The notes below the pieces were generated by a model. It searched no databases. It was given only the letters and a program-made list of their open reading frames with translations, and was not told the origin of the DNA. From the NCBI GenBank assembly GCA_038087875.1, contig CM075996.1, positions 10,356,001 to 10,420,000 of the forward strand: a stretch of 64,000 nucleotides of DNA, in the 5' to 3' direction. This DNA comes from Malacoraja senta. Its lineage: Eukaryota. Position numbers and translations under genes: made by a program. Below are positions 12,641-25,583 of this stretch, piece after piece; the first letter of the stretch is position 1; each line of letters opens with the position of its first letter.

Positions 12641-13872
12641 GCAGAAGCTGATATAAATCGAAGGTAGACAGAAAATGCTGAAGTAACTCAGCGGGACAGG
12701 CAGCATCTCTGGAGAGAAGGAATGGGTGACGTTTCGGGTCGAGACCCGTCTGATGATGTCTGAAGAAGGGTCTCGACCTGAAACATCACCCATTCTTCCT
12801 TCTCTCCAGACATGCTGCCTGTCCCGTTGAGTTACTCCAGCATTTTGTGTTTATCTCCCAGTCTTTTTAGTTTGTTTAGATTTTAATTTTACAGGTACAG
12901 AGCAGACACAGGCCCTTCGGCCTACCAGGTCTGTGCTAACCAGCGATCACCCCATACACTAGCATTATCAAACACACTGGGGACAATTTAAAATTTTTAC
13001 CAAAGACAATTAACTTACAAACATTCACGTCTTTGGAGTGTGGGAGGAAACCGGAGCACCCGGAGAAAACCCACACGGTCATGGGGAGAAATATACAGCA
13101 TGCAAACAGGCCCTTCAGACCACTGAGTCCATGCCAACCATTGATCACCCTTTAGACTTTAGAGATACAGCGCAGAATCAGGCCCTTTAACCCACCGAGT
13201 CCGCGTCGACAAGCGATCACCCTGTACCCTAGTTTATCCTACACACTAGGGACAATTCACATTTTACAGAAGCCAATTAACCTGTATGTCTTTGCGATGT
13301 GGGAGAAAACCGGAGCACCAGAGAAAACCCACTTGGTCACGAGGAGAACGTACAAACCTCAGTTCCAGACGGTACCTGTAGTCAGGATGGAACCCAGTTC
13401 TCTGGGCAGTCAGTTGAAAACCCACCCACTCCTCTCAGCAAGAGGCAACAGTTCCCGTTGCAAACCTACATGGAACTAATATTTGGTGTGAGAAAATAAA
13501 ACATGTTGGAAAAAACTGACAACATTTCACCTGAGAATGTAAATTTTAAGAGTTTTTAAAAATTAAATTACTTATGCAAACCCAGAAGTTCCATCTATAT
13601 ATTTTATAAAATTTCAGAAAGATGTTTTGGCTAATTTATGCAGACTTGAATGGGGTGTATAACTTGTGTAGGAAGGAACTGTAGATGCTGGAAGACATGC
13701 TAAATGCTGGAGTAACTCAGCAGGTCAGACAGTATCTCTGGAGAAAAGGAATGGGTGATGTTTCAGGTCGACACCTTTCTTTAGTCTGGGGTGTATAATT
13801 TTATACAGTTTAAGAAACTGCACAATCAAATGAGATGTGTTATTTAAAAATAGTCGATTTTTGGAGTGTTGG

Positions 13873-14135
13873 AGGCACGGTGGCGCAGCGGTAGAGTTGC
13901 TGCCTCACAACGCCAGAGACCCGGGTTCAATCCTGACTGTACGGAGTTTGTGCGTTCTCCCCGTGACCTGCGTGGGTTTTCCTCCCACTCTGCAAAAACG
14001 TGCAGGTTTGTAGGTTAATTGACTTGGTGTAAGTGTAAATTGTCCTTAGTGTGTGTTGGATCGTGCTAGTGTGCGGGGATCGCAGGTTGGCGCAGACTCG
14101 GTGGGCTGGTGCATCTCTAAACTAAACTAAACTAA
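13873..14135 (+). mobile_element. tRNA-derived SINE (V-SINE/HE1-like), representative copy. Further copies at ~8590-8870(-), 12865-13410(-), 15655-15950(-), 30320-30535(-), 30968-31260(+), 33530-33827(-), 61280-61515(+), 62934-63200(+)
   Basis: Pol III A box TGGCGCAGCGG, B box GGTTCAATCC, conserved body GTTCTCCCCGTGACCTGCGTGGGTTT, (TAAAC)n tail. Confidence 0.85.
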
Positions 14136-14233
14136 AGCAAACAAATGAAACGTATACACAATAATTCTCGGACAGCTCCACAGGATGTGCACTCCATAAA
14201 TCTCAGCTTCCATCGCCTCCAGCTTTGTTGTTG

Positions 14234-14286
14234 CTACAGGTTAACAGCGGAGTCTCCAGACATCCTCGACGTTCTGTACGTGGCCT
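14234..14286 (-). CDS. B7/CD276-like membrane protein, last coding exon (cytoplasmic tail (E)ATYRTSRMSGDSAVNL*)
   Basis: Acceptor TTGTCCACTTTCAG. Phase 1 matches the TM exon. TAG at 14234-14236. Confidence 0.6.
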
Positions 14287-15393
14287 CTGAAAGTGGACAA
14301 ACAACTATCATCGCAAAGGCGCTCCAATCCCAGCTCAGAGAATGAATATTTTTAAGGGAGAGATAAATAGATTTTTGATTAGTACGGGTGTCAGAGGTTA
14401 CGGGGGAGAAGGCAAGAGGGTGGGGTTAGGAGGGGGGGGGGGTAGATCAGCCATGATTGAATGGCGGAGTAGACTTGATTGGCCGAATGGCCTAATTCTA
14501 CTCCTTTTCCTATGACATGAAAGGAATCAAAACAATGTGGGGGACAAACAGAACCGTAACATCAGAGCAATAAACTTGAAAAGTCCCTGTCAGTGACATT
14601 GCGTGTACGTTATTATTTAGTTTAATTTAGATTTTCATCACACAAGGTTCAACTTAATATTAGTTTTGCTTTAATTTAGTTTAGAGATACAGAATGGAAA
14701 CAGGCCCTTCAGCCCACCGAGTCCGCGCCAACCATCGATCTCCCTTCACACTAGTTCCACTTTTGCATCCACTCCTTACACATTCTGAACAATTTACAGA
14801 GACCAATTGACCTACGACTCCACATGTCTTTGGGGGCTGTCTGTGTGGAGTTTGCACCTTTTCCCTGCGACCACGTGGGTTTCCTCCCACATCCCAATTA
14901 CCTGTACGTGTAGGAAATGGATGTGGATGTGGGATAACATTGAACGGGTGAACGGGTGATCGATGGTCCGTGTGGACATGGTGGGCAAGTTTCCATGCTG
15001 TATCTCTAAACTCAAATAAACAAATCAAATATCAAATTGAACCTTGTGCGGGAAGGAACTACAGATGCTGGTTTACACCGAAGATAGACACAAAATGTTG
15101 GAGTAACTCAGCGGGACAGGCTGCATCTTTGGAGAGAAGGAATGGGTGATTTTTCGGGTCAAGACCCTTCTTCAATCTCGACCGAAACATCACCCATTCC
15201 TTCTCTCCAGAGATGCTGCCTGACCCACTGAGTCACTCCATCATTTTGTGTCGATCTCAAGGATGTGCAGATGTGGTTTACACTGAAGATGATGGAGTCC
15301 AGCATTACCACAGCATTTTGTGTCTACCAAGTCAAACCTTCTAGCTTGCTCTTATGTCTAATTTCGCTTAACTATAGAGGTTAAAACACTCAC

Positions 15394-15489
15394 CATTTAG
15401 TCGGGACTTGTGGAAATGTCGCAGTAAGAAGTAGAGCAGCAGCAGCACTGCGATAGCAGCGATGGAGGTCGGCACAATCCACCAGTGAT
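15394..15489 (-). CDS. B7/CD276-like membrane protein, transmembrane exon (HWWIVPTSIAAIAVLLLLYFLLRHFHKSRLN)
   Basis: 96 nt, phase 1-1, CAG acceptor and GTGAGT donor. Hydrophobic helix followed by a basic stop-transfer segment. Confidence 0.8.
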
Positions 15490-17035
15490 CTGTGGCGCAG
15501 TGTGACACAAGCATTTCCTTCGTATTCTCTAGCGGGAAAGACACCGACACAGAAACATCCGCTCAATATTGATGCAAACATTAAAAATCAGAAACCAAAA
15601 AACGTTCATGCAATTTTCCACAGAATCCTTGGAGGTATGAGGAATACAATGTAGTTTAGAGGTTTAGAGATACAGTGCGGAAACAGGCCCTTCAGCCCAA
15701 CATGTCCACGCCGACCGTTGATCCCCGCATATTAACACACTAGGGACAATTTACAATTATACCAAGCCATTTAGCCTACAAACCTGTACGTCTTTGGAGT
15801 GTAGGAGGAAACTGGGGATCTCGGAGAAAACCAACACAGGTCACAGGGAGAACGTACAAACTCCGTACAGATAGCACCTGTAGTCAGGATTGTCCCCGGG
15901 TCTCTGGCGCTGTGAGTCAGCAACTCTACCGCTGCGCCACTGTGCCACCCTGGTGTTTCCCAACTGCGCTGAATGCCATTTTAAATTCTCAATGGCCCTT
16001 TCACTACTTCCAATTGTTTTACTTCCCTTGATTGCCCAAACTAGGTGAGAGGGGGAAAGTTTAAAGGAGAAGTGAGAGGGCAGTTTTTTTACAGAGTGTG
16101 GTGGGCGCCTGGAACGTGCTGCCAGGGGTGGTGGTGGAGGCTGATACGATAGTGGTGTTTAAGAGGCTTTTAGTTAGGACCACGGATTTGCAGGGAACGG
16201 AGGGATATGGCTCATGAGAAGACAGGGGAGATCAGTTTTACTTTGCATCATGCTTGGCACAGACATTGTGGGCCGAAGGGCCTGTTCTGTGCTGGATCTT
16301 CATAAGTTCATAAGTGATAGGAGCAGAATTAGGCCATTCGGCCCATCAAGTCTACTCTGCCACTCAATCATGGCTGATCTATCTCTCCCTCCTAAACCCA
16401 TTCTCCTGCCTTCTCCCCATAAACCCCCGACATCTTCTATAACTTTGCCACCAGCTACAGCCGGTGATGGCATGGTTATGGGGCGTGAAATAGGAGCTCA
16501 ACAAATCAAAGAATTAAGACAGAACGGAATCGTCATCTCAGTGAAAGACAATACAAGTTTTTTTTATTCTATGGATCCCAGAAATAACAAACAGAAAATA
16601 CTTAGCAGGTCAGGCAGCATCTGTGGGAAGAGAAGTATTCAACGTTTCAGGTTGAAGAACCAAGAGACATTTAGTTTAGTTTAGTTTATTGTCACGTGTA
16701 CCAAGGTACATTGGAAAGTTGTTTTTGTTGCGTGCTATCCAGCCAGCGGAAGACAATACATGATTACAATCAAAGAAAGCTCTCAATCCGAAACGTCACC
16801 TATCCCTATTCTCCAGAGATGCTGCCTGACCCGCTGAGTTACTCCAGCAATTTGTGTCTATCTTCAGTGTAAACCAGCATCTGCAGTTCCTTCCTACACA
16901 TGATTACTATGTACGGATACAGGGTAAAGGGAATAACCTTTAGTGCAAGATAAAGTCCAGTAAAGTCAACTTGAAATGTTAAGTTTGTTGTCTATATTGA
17001 GTTTTCAAGGAGAGAGATGTTTTTTTCCCACTTAC

Positions 17036-17331
17036 TTGCGGTAAAGGTTTCAGTTTGTTTCTCCTTCAGCCTGGTGTTGTAAATGCTACAGGTGATGCAG
17101 TGTACTCCAGCAGACACCCACAGGACTGAGGTTACGTTGCACAGTCTCTCCGGGGAGCAGTCGGTGTGGGTTGTGGCCGTGCTGTTCGGATCTAGGTTCA
17201 GGACCCCCAGGTCCAGCCCACCGTTGGGGCTGGATACCCTCCCCAGGAGGAGCAGGTCATCCTCAGCACCCCTCCTGCAACTTGCTGCCCCTCCGACAGA
17301 TCCGCACTCAATGTGGGCTTGGCAAAGTGGG
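17036..17331 (-). pseudogene. B7/CD276-like IgC-domain exon with a 1-nt frameshift (pseudogene or base-call error)
   Basis: TTCCAG acceptor and GTAAGT donor, 296 nt. One frame reads HFAKPTLSADLSEGQQVAGGVLRMTCSSWGGYPAPTVGWTWG. The shifted frame continues VLNLDPNSTATTHTDCSPERLCNVTSVLWVSAGVHCITCSIYNTRLKEKQTETFTA. This is the B7-family C-domain pattern (CSS.GGYP.P.V.W ... V.SVL ... C...N..L). Confidence 0.8.
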
Positions 17332-17419
17332 CTGGAATGGAACAGCAGCGTTAACATTAACAAGACAGCACTGTCTGGCTAGCACCCAACAAAAGCTTCT
17401 CACTGTTCCTCAACACACT

Positions 17420-17800
17420 TTTATTTAAATTTCAAATTATAATTTCTTCGAGAAATAAATATATCCAACACATGATCCTTACAAGACTCCATCCAACATT
17501 CTCGGAGGCTATACATACATTCAATACTGTTTACATAAATCACCCTTGCCACTCATGTGGCCCACTGGCGTGGGATCCCTTCCCTTATTTAGAGATGCGT
17601 CTCCACCATACCGTGCCCCCCATGTCCAGCAGCGGATGGACCCTAGACTGTGGTCCTCCCCCACCGAGCCTTGGCGTTGGCTGCACCAAGCTTCAGGGCG
17701 TCCCTCAGCACGTACCCCTGCAGTTTGCAGCGGGCCAGTCGGTAACCTTCTCCGACGGACATCTCACTCCGCTGGTGGGTCAACAACGCTCGGGCCAGGC
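17420..17800 (-). mobile_element. 3' end of a Tx1-clade LINE
   Basis: C-terminal peptide ARALLTHQRSEMSVGEGYRLARCKLQGYVLRDALKLGAANAKARWGRTTV* (stop 17643-17645), then a 3' UTR and A-rich tail. Confidence 0.65.
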
Positions 17801-18097
17801 ACGTGTCGTGAGTACTCAGGGTAGGCAGTCAGTCGGCTTTAAAAAAAACCTTAAACTGCACATGCGCAGATTGTTCTCCTCTCCGTAAAATAAAAAATAA
17901 AAAATAAAGAAACTAACAATTCAATTTGCCCAAGGCTTTCAAATCTCCTTCATTCTGAATTAGTGAATAGGTGGGGAGGTGGAGGGTGACGGCAGGTGGA
18001 GAGATGGTGGGAAAAACGGGAGCACACCGGGACAAGTTGGATCAGTTGTGATCTTATTGAATGACAATACTGGTTCAAGGGGCCAATTGGGGGGATA

Positions 18098-18632
18098 GTT
18101 CCTTTCACAGTGTGTGGGGAGTCTGTCCAGGGGAAAGTTGCGGGGAGGGCAGCAGAGTTGAGAAGGAGGGGGTCGGGGATCATGACAGTAACCCGCTCAA
18201 TCATCGCTGCCGCGGCGCTCCGGGCGCGGAGCCACCGCATTGTGGCCGGGGAGGGAAGCAGCTCGCATGGCTGCAAGCGTCGCTGGAACCTCAGCGCCTT
18301 CTGCCAGCCCACTCACCTCTGGCAGTGCTCTCCATCTGAACAGTGAGGGGACCAGCTCAAGAGCAAAGATCATAGAGCGGAGCCGGTCAGCGGGTGATGG
18401 ATAATAGGACTGCGGAGCTCACGCCTGTGTCAGAGCGAACAAGGGACCAATTGAGGTTACTCGCACTGACATATGGAGTAAGCTCCACCGCCCGCTGTCC
18501 TGTTATCCATCGCCCGCTGACCCGCTCTTGAGCTGGTTGCTGCAATGATCCCCGACCCCCTCCTTCTCAACGCTCCTGGTCTCCCCGTAACTTTTTCCCT
18601 GGCCAGACTCCCCACACGCTGTGTGAGGAACT
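18098..18632. repeat. Imperfect nested inverted repeat
   Basis: 18098-18193 is the reverse complement of ~18535-18632 (GTGTGGGGAGTCTG.CCAGGG...TTGAGAAGGAGGGGGTCGGGGATCAT). 18351-18411 is the reverse complement of ~18495-18538. Confidence 0.75.
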
Positions 18633-18858
18633 CTACCCCCCCCCCAGCGGCGCTGTCCTTTTACAGCCGCTTCCCACTTTACAGCCGCTTGGGCTGCGTA
18701 TGCGCAGTACACAGTCCACGCTGCAAAGGCAGAATTTCAGCTGCCTTCGGCTCGCCTTGAAATTGACAGCTTGAAGCAGCGTCCACGGCACGTGGGCTGC
18801 ACACATTTTCCCCGTCTTACATGTACTGTGCATGAAAGGCACGGTGAATTATGCCTAC

Positions 18859-19058
18859 NNNNNNNNNNNNNNNNNNNNNNNNNNNNNNNNNNNNNNNNNN
18901 NNNNNNNNNNNNNNNNNNNNNNNNNNNNNNNNNNNNNNNNNNNNNNNNNNNNNNNNNNNNNNNNNNNNNNNNNNNNNNNNNNNNNNNNNNNNNNNNNNNN
19001 NNNNNNNNNNNNNNNNNNNNNNNNNNNNNNNNNNNNNNNNNNNNNNNNNNNNNNNNNN
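18859..19058. other. Assembly gap (200 N)
   Basis: Run of N directly in the sequence. Confidence 1.
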
Positions 19059-22000
19059 GGAAATATGGCTACCTTGTCGGATTTGTGGCCACCTTGCGGG
19101 ATTTATGACGACCATGCCGTAAACATGGCGACCTTGCCGGATTTATGGCGACCTTGCCGGATTTACGGCGACCTTGCCGGAATATGGCAACCTTGACGGA
19201 TTTGTGGCGACCTTGCCGGATTTATGGCGTCCTTGCCGGATATCTGGCGGACCTTGCCGGATTTGTGGCGAACTTGCCGGATTTATGGCGATCGTGCCGG
19301 AAATATGGCGACCTTGCTGGATTTATGGCGACCTCGCCCGAAATATGGCGACCTTCCCTGATTTGTGGCCACCATGCCGGATTTATGGCGAACTTGCCGG
19401 AAATGTGGCGACTTTGTCTGATTTGTGGCGACCTTGCCGGGTTTATGGCGACCTTGCCAGAAATATGGCGACGTTGACGCATTTGTGGCGATCTTGCCGG
19501 ATTTATGGCGACCTTGCCGGAAATATGTGGCGACCTTGCCGGATTTGTGGCGACCCTTGCCGGATTTTTGGCGACCTTGCCGGATTTATGGCGACCTTGC
19601 CGGATTTGTGGCTTCCTTGCCAGAAATATGGCGACCTCGCCGTATTTATTGCGACCTTGCCGGATGTATGGCGACCTCGCCGGAAATGTGGCGACCTTGC
19701 CGGATTTGTGGAGACCTTGTCGGATTTATGGCGACCTTGCCGGAAAATGTAGCGACCTTGCCGGAAATGTGGCGACCTTGCCGGATTTGTGGCGACCTTG
19801 CCGGATTATGGCGACCTTGCCGGAAATATGTCCACCTTGCCGGATTTATGGCGTCCTTGCCGGATTTATGGCGACCTTGCCGGAAATATGACGACCTCGC
19901 CGGATTTATGGCGACCATGCCGGAAATATGGCGACCTTGCCGGATTTGAGGCGACCTTGCCGGATATATGGCGACCTTGCCGGAAATATGGCCACCTTTC
20001 CGGATTTATGACGTCTTTGACGGAAAGATGGCGACCTTGCCGGATTTGTGGCGACCTTGCCGCATTTATGGCGACCTTGTGGGATTTGTGGCGGCCTTGC
20101 CGGATTTATGGCGACCTTGCCGGAATTGTGGCTACCTTTCCGGACTCGTGGCGACATTGCCGGATTCATGGCGACCTTGCCGGAATGTGGCGACCGTGCT
20201 GGATTTGCGGCGACGATGCCGGATTTATGGCTACCTTGCTGAAATGTTGCGACCTTGCCGGATTTGTGGCGACCTTGCCGGATTTATGGGGACCTTGCCG
20301 AAATGTGGCTACTTTGCCGGATTTGTGGCGGACTTGCCGGATTTATGGCGACCTTGCCGGAAATGTGGCGACCTTACCGGGTTTGTGGCGACCTTGCCGG
20401 ATCTATGGCGACATTGCTTGAAATGTGGCGACCTTGCCGGATTTAACGCGACCTTGCCGAATTTATGGCTACCTTGATGGAAATGTGGCGACCTTGCCGC
20501 ATTTGAGGCAAACTAGCCGGATTTATGGTGACCTTGTCGGAAATATGGCGACCTTGCCGGATTTGTGGCGTCCCTAGCCGGATTTATGGCGATCGTGCCG
20601 AAAATACCGCCACCTTGCCGGATTTGTGGCGATCATGCCAGATTTATGGCGACATTGCCGGAAATATGGCGACCTTGTCAGATTTGTAGCGACCTTGCCT
20701 GATTTATCGCGACCGTGCCGGAAATATGGCGACATTGCAGGATTTATGGCGACATTGCCGGAAATATGGCGACCGTGCCGGATTTGTGGCAACCTTGCCG
20801 GATTTTTGGCGGGATTGCTGGAAATATGGCGACCTTGCCGGATTTCTGGCGTCCTAACCGGATTTATGGCGATCGTGCCGGAAATACGGCCACCTTGACG
20901 CATTTGTGGCGACCTTGCCGGATTTATGGCGACGTTGCCGGAAATATGGCTACCTTGCCGCATTTGTGGCGACATTGCCGGATTTATGGCGACCTTGCAG
21001 GAAATATGTCGACCTTGCCGGGAATGTGGCGACCTTGCCGGATTTGTGCCGACGTTGCCGGATTTATGGCGTCCTTGCCGGAAATGTGGCGACCTTGCCG
21101 GATTTGTGGCGACCTTGCCGGATATATGGCGTCCTTGCCGGAAATGTGGCGACCTTGCCGGATTTATGAGGACCTTGTTGGATTTGTGACCACCTTGCCG
21201 GATTTATGGCGACGTTGCCGGAAATGCGGCGACCTTGCCTGAAATGTGGCGACCTTGACGGATTTATGGCGATCTTGCCGGAAATATGGCTACCTTGCCG
21301 GATTTGTGGCGACCTTGCCGGATTCATGGCGATCTTGCCGGAAATGTGGTGACCTTGCCGGATTTGTGGCGACGATGCCGGATTTATGGCGACCTTGCCG
21401 GAATGTTGCGACCTTGCCGGATTTGTGGCGACCTTGCCGGATCTATGGCGACATTCCCGGAAATGTGGCGACCTTGCCGGGTTTGACGCGACCTTGTCGA
21501 ATTTATTGCTACCTTGATTGAATGTGGCGACCTTGCCGGATTTGACGCCATCTTGCCGGATTTGTGGCGACCTTGCTGGATTTATGGTGACATTGCCGGA
21601 AATATGGCGACCTTGCCGGATTTGTGGCGACCTTGCCGGAAATATGGCGACATTGCCGGATTTGTGGCGCCCTTGCCGGATTTATGGCGGCTTTGCCGGA
21701 AATATGGCTACCTTGCCGGATTTGTGGCGACCTTGCCGGATTCATGGCGACCTTGCCGGAAATATGGCTACCTTGCCGGATTTGTGGCGAACTTGCGGGA
21801 TTTATGGCGACCTTGCCGGAAATATGGCGACCTTGTCGGATTTGTGGCGACTTTCCCAGATATGTTGCGACCTTGCCGTAAATATGGCTACCTTGTCGGA
21901 TTTGTGGCGACCTTGCCAGATTTGTTGCGATCTTGCCGGAAATGTGGCGACCTTGCCGGATTTGTGGCGGCCGTGCCGGATTTATGGCGACCTTGCCGGG

Positions 22001-25000
22001 AAATAGGCGACTCTGCCGGATTTGTGGCGACCTTGCCGGATTTATGGCGACCTTGCCGGATTTATGGCGACCTTGCGGAAATATGGCAACCTTGCCGGAT
22101 TTGTGGCGACCTTGCCGCATTTATGGCGACCTCGCCGGAAATATGGCGACCTTCCTTGATTTGTGGCCACCATGCCGGATTTATGGCAAACTTGCCGGAA
22201 ATATGGCTACCTTGTCGGATTTGTGGCCACCTTGCCGGATTTATGACGACCATGCCGTAAACATGGCGACCTTGCCGGATTTATGGCGACCTTGCCGGAT
22301 TTACGGCGACCTTGCCGGAATATGGCAACCTTGACGGATTTGTGGCGACCTTGCCGGATTTATGGCGTCCTTGCCGCATATATGGCGACCTTGCCGGATT
22401 TGTGGCGACCTTGCCGCATTTATGGCGACCTTGCCGGAAATATGGCGACTGCCGGATTTATGGTGCCCTTGCCGGATTTATGGCGACCTTGCCGGAAATA
22501 TGAAGAACTTGCCGGATTTGTGGCGACCTTGCCGGATTTGTGGCGATATTGCCGGAAATATGGCGACCTTGCCGGATTTATGGCGACCTTGCCGGATTTG
22601 TGGCGACCTTGCCGGATTTATGGCGATATTGCCGGAAATATGGCGACCTTGTCGGATTCATGGCGACCTTGCCGGAAATATGGCGAACTTCCCTGATTTG
22701 TGGCCACCATGCCGGATTTATGGCGAACTTGCCGGAAATATGGCGACCTTGCCGGATTTGTGGCGACCTTGCGGGATTTATGGCGACCTGGCCGGAAATA
22801 TGGCGTCCTTGCCGGATTTGTGGCGACCTTGCCGGATTTATGGCGACAGTGCCGGAAATATGGCGACCTTGCCGGGTTTATGGCGACCTCGCCGGAAAAG
22901 TGACGACCTTGCCGGATTTAAGGGCACCTTGCTGGATTTATGGCGACCTCGCCGGAAATATGGCGACCTTCCCTGATTTGTGGACACCATGCCGGATTTC
23001 TGGAGACCTTGCCGGAAAAATGGCTACCTTGCCGGATTTGTGCCCACATTGCCGGATTTATGGCGACCTTGACGAATTTATGGCGACCTTGCCGGAAATA
23101 TGGCGACCTTGCCGGATTGTGGCGACCTTGCCGGGTTTATGGCGACCTTGCCGGAAATATGGCGATCTTGCCGGATTCATGGCGACCTTGCCGGATTTAT
23201 GGCGACATTGCCGGAAATATGGCGACCTCGCCGGGTTTATGGCGACCTTGCCGGATTTGTGGCCACCTTGCCGGAAATATGGCGACCTTGCCGGATTTGT
23301 GGCGACCTTGCCGGAAATATGGCGACCGTGCCGGAAATATGGCGACCTTGCCGGCTTTATGGCGACCTCGCCGGAAAAGTGACGACCTTGCCGGATTTGA
23401 GGCCACCTTGCCGGATTTCTGGCGACCTCGCCGAAAATAATGCGACCATGCCGAATTTAAGGGCAACTTGCTGGATTTCTGGCGACCTCGCCGGAAATAT
23501 GGCGACCTTCCCTGATTTGTGGACACCATGCCGGATTTCTGGAGACCTTGCCGGAAAAATGGCTACCTTGCCGGATTTGTGGCCACCTTGCCGGATTTAT
23601 GGCGACCTTGCCGGATTTGCGGCGACCTTGCCTGATATATGGCGATCTCGCCTGATTTATAGCGACCTTGCCGGATTTGTGGCGACCTTGCCGGATTTAT
23701 GGCGACCTCGCCGGAAATGTGCCGCCCTTGCCGGGTTTATGGCGACCTTGCCGGATTTATGGCGACCTCGCCGTAAATGTGGCGACCTTGCCGGATTTGA
23801 GGCCTCCTTGCAGGATTTATGGCGACCTCGCCGTAAATGTGGCGACCTTGCCGGATTTGTGGCCTCCTTGCCGGATTTATGGCGACCTGGCCGGAAATAC
23901 GGCGACCTTGCCGTATTTACGGCGACCTTGCCGGATATATGGCGACCTCGCCGGATTTATAGCGACCTTGCCGGATTGTGGCGACCTTGCCGGATTCATG
24001 GTGGCCTCGCCGGAAATATGGCGACCTTGCGGGGTTTATGGCGACCTTGCCGGATTTATGGCGACCTCGCCGGAAATATGGCGACCTTGCCGGATTTATG
24101 GCGACCTTGCCGGATTTATGGCGATATTGCAGGAAACATGGCGACCTCGCCGGGTTTATGGCGACCTTGCCGGGTTTGTGGCCACCTTGCCGGAAATATG
24201 GCTACCTTGCCGGATTTGTGGCGACCTTGCCTGTTATATGGCGACCGCGCCTGATTTATGGCGACCTTGCCGGATTTGTGGCGAACTTGCCGGATTTATG
24301 GCGACCTCGCCGGAAATGTGGCGACCTTGCCGGGTTTATGGCGACCTTGCCGGATTTATGGCGACCTCGCCGTAAATGTGGCGACCTTGCCGGATTTGAG
24401 GCCTCCGTGCAGGATTTATGGCGACCTCGCCGTAAATGCGGCGACCTTGCCGGATTTGTGGCCTCCTTGCCGGATTTATGGCGACCTCGCTGGAAATATG
24501 GCGACCTTGCCGTATTTGCGGCGACCTTGCCGGATATATGGCGACCTCGCCGGATTATAGCGACCTTGCCGGATTTGTGGCGACCTTGCCGGATTCATGG
24601 TGGCCTCGCCGGAAATGTGGCGACCTTGCCGGATTTGTGGCGACCTTGCCGGATTTATGGCGATCGCGCCACAAATACCGCCACCTTGCCGGATTTGTGG
24701 CGATCATGCTAGATTTATGGCGACCTTGCCGGAAATATGGCGATCTTGCCGTATTTGTGGCGACCTTGCCGGATTTATCGCGACCGTGCCGGAAATATGG
24801 CGGTACATTGCCGGATTTATGGCGACCTTGCCGGAAATATGGCGACCGTGCCGGAAATATGGCGACCTTGCCGGGTTTATGGCGACCTCGCCGGAAAAGT
24901 GGCGACCTTGCCGGATTTGAGGCCACCTTGCCGGATTTCTGGCGACCCCGCCGACAATATGGCGACCTTGCCGGATTTAAGGGCACCTTGCTGGATTTCT

Positions 25001-25583
25001 GGCGACCTCGCCGGAAATATGGCGACCTTGCCGGATTTGTTGCGACCTTGCGGGATTTATGGCGACCTGGCCGGAAATATGGCGACTTTGCCGGATTTGT
25101 GGCGACCTTGCCGGATTTATGGCGACCGTGCCGGAAATATGGCGACCTTGCCGGATTTGTGGCGAACTTGCCGGAAATATGGCGACCGTGCCACAAATAT
25201 GGCGACCTTGCCGGGTTTATGGCGACCTCGCCGGAAAAGTGGCGACCTTGCCGGATTTGAGGCCACCTTGCCGGATTTCTGGCGACCTCGCCGAAAATAT
25301 GGCGACCTTGCCGGATTTAAGGGCACCTTGCTGGATTTATGGCGACCTCGCCGGAAATATGGCGACCTTCCCTGATTTGTGAACACCATGCCGGATTTCT
25401 GGCGACCTTGCAGGAAAAATGGCTACCTTGCCGGATTTGTGGCCACCTTGCCGGATTTATGGCGACCTTGACGAATTTATGGCGACCTTGCCGGAAATAT
25501 GGCGACCTTGCCGGATTTGTGGCGACCTTGCCGGGTTTATGGCGACCTTGCCGGAAATATGGCGACCTTGCCGGATTCATGGC
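19059..25583. repeat. 20-bp satellite array, ~6.5 kb visible (~325 units), consensus GGCGACCTTGCCGGA(T/A)(T/A)T(A/G)T
   Basis: Continuous head-to-tail units from the gap to the Gypsy LTR, with occasional 1-nt indels and recurring variant blocks. Confidence 0.98.

Noticed and set aside
13873..13940. tRNA gene
   Set aside because: The A and B boxes are followed by a SINE body and (TAAAC)n tail, and there are many copies, so it is a SINE head.
19059..25583. CRISPR-like array
   Set aside because: Units are contiguous with no unique spacers, there are no cas genes, and the context is eukaryotic.
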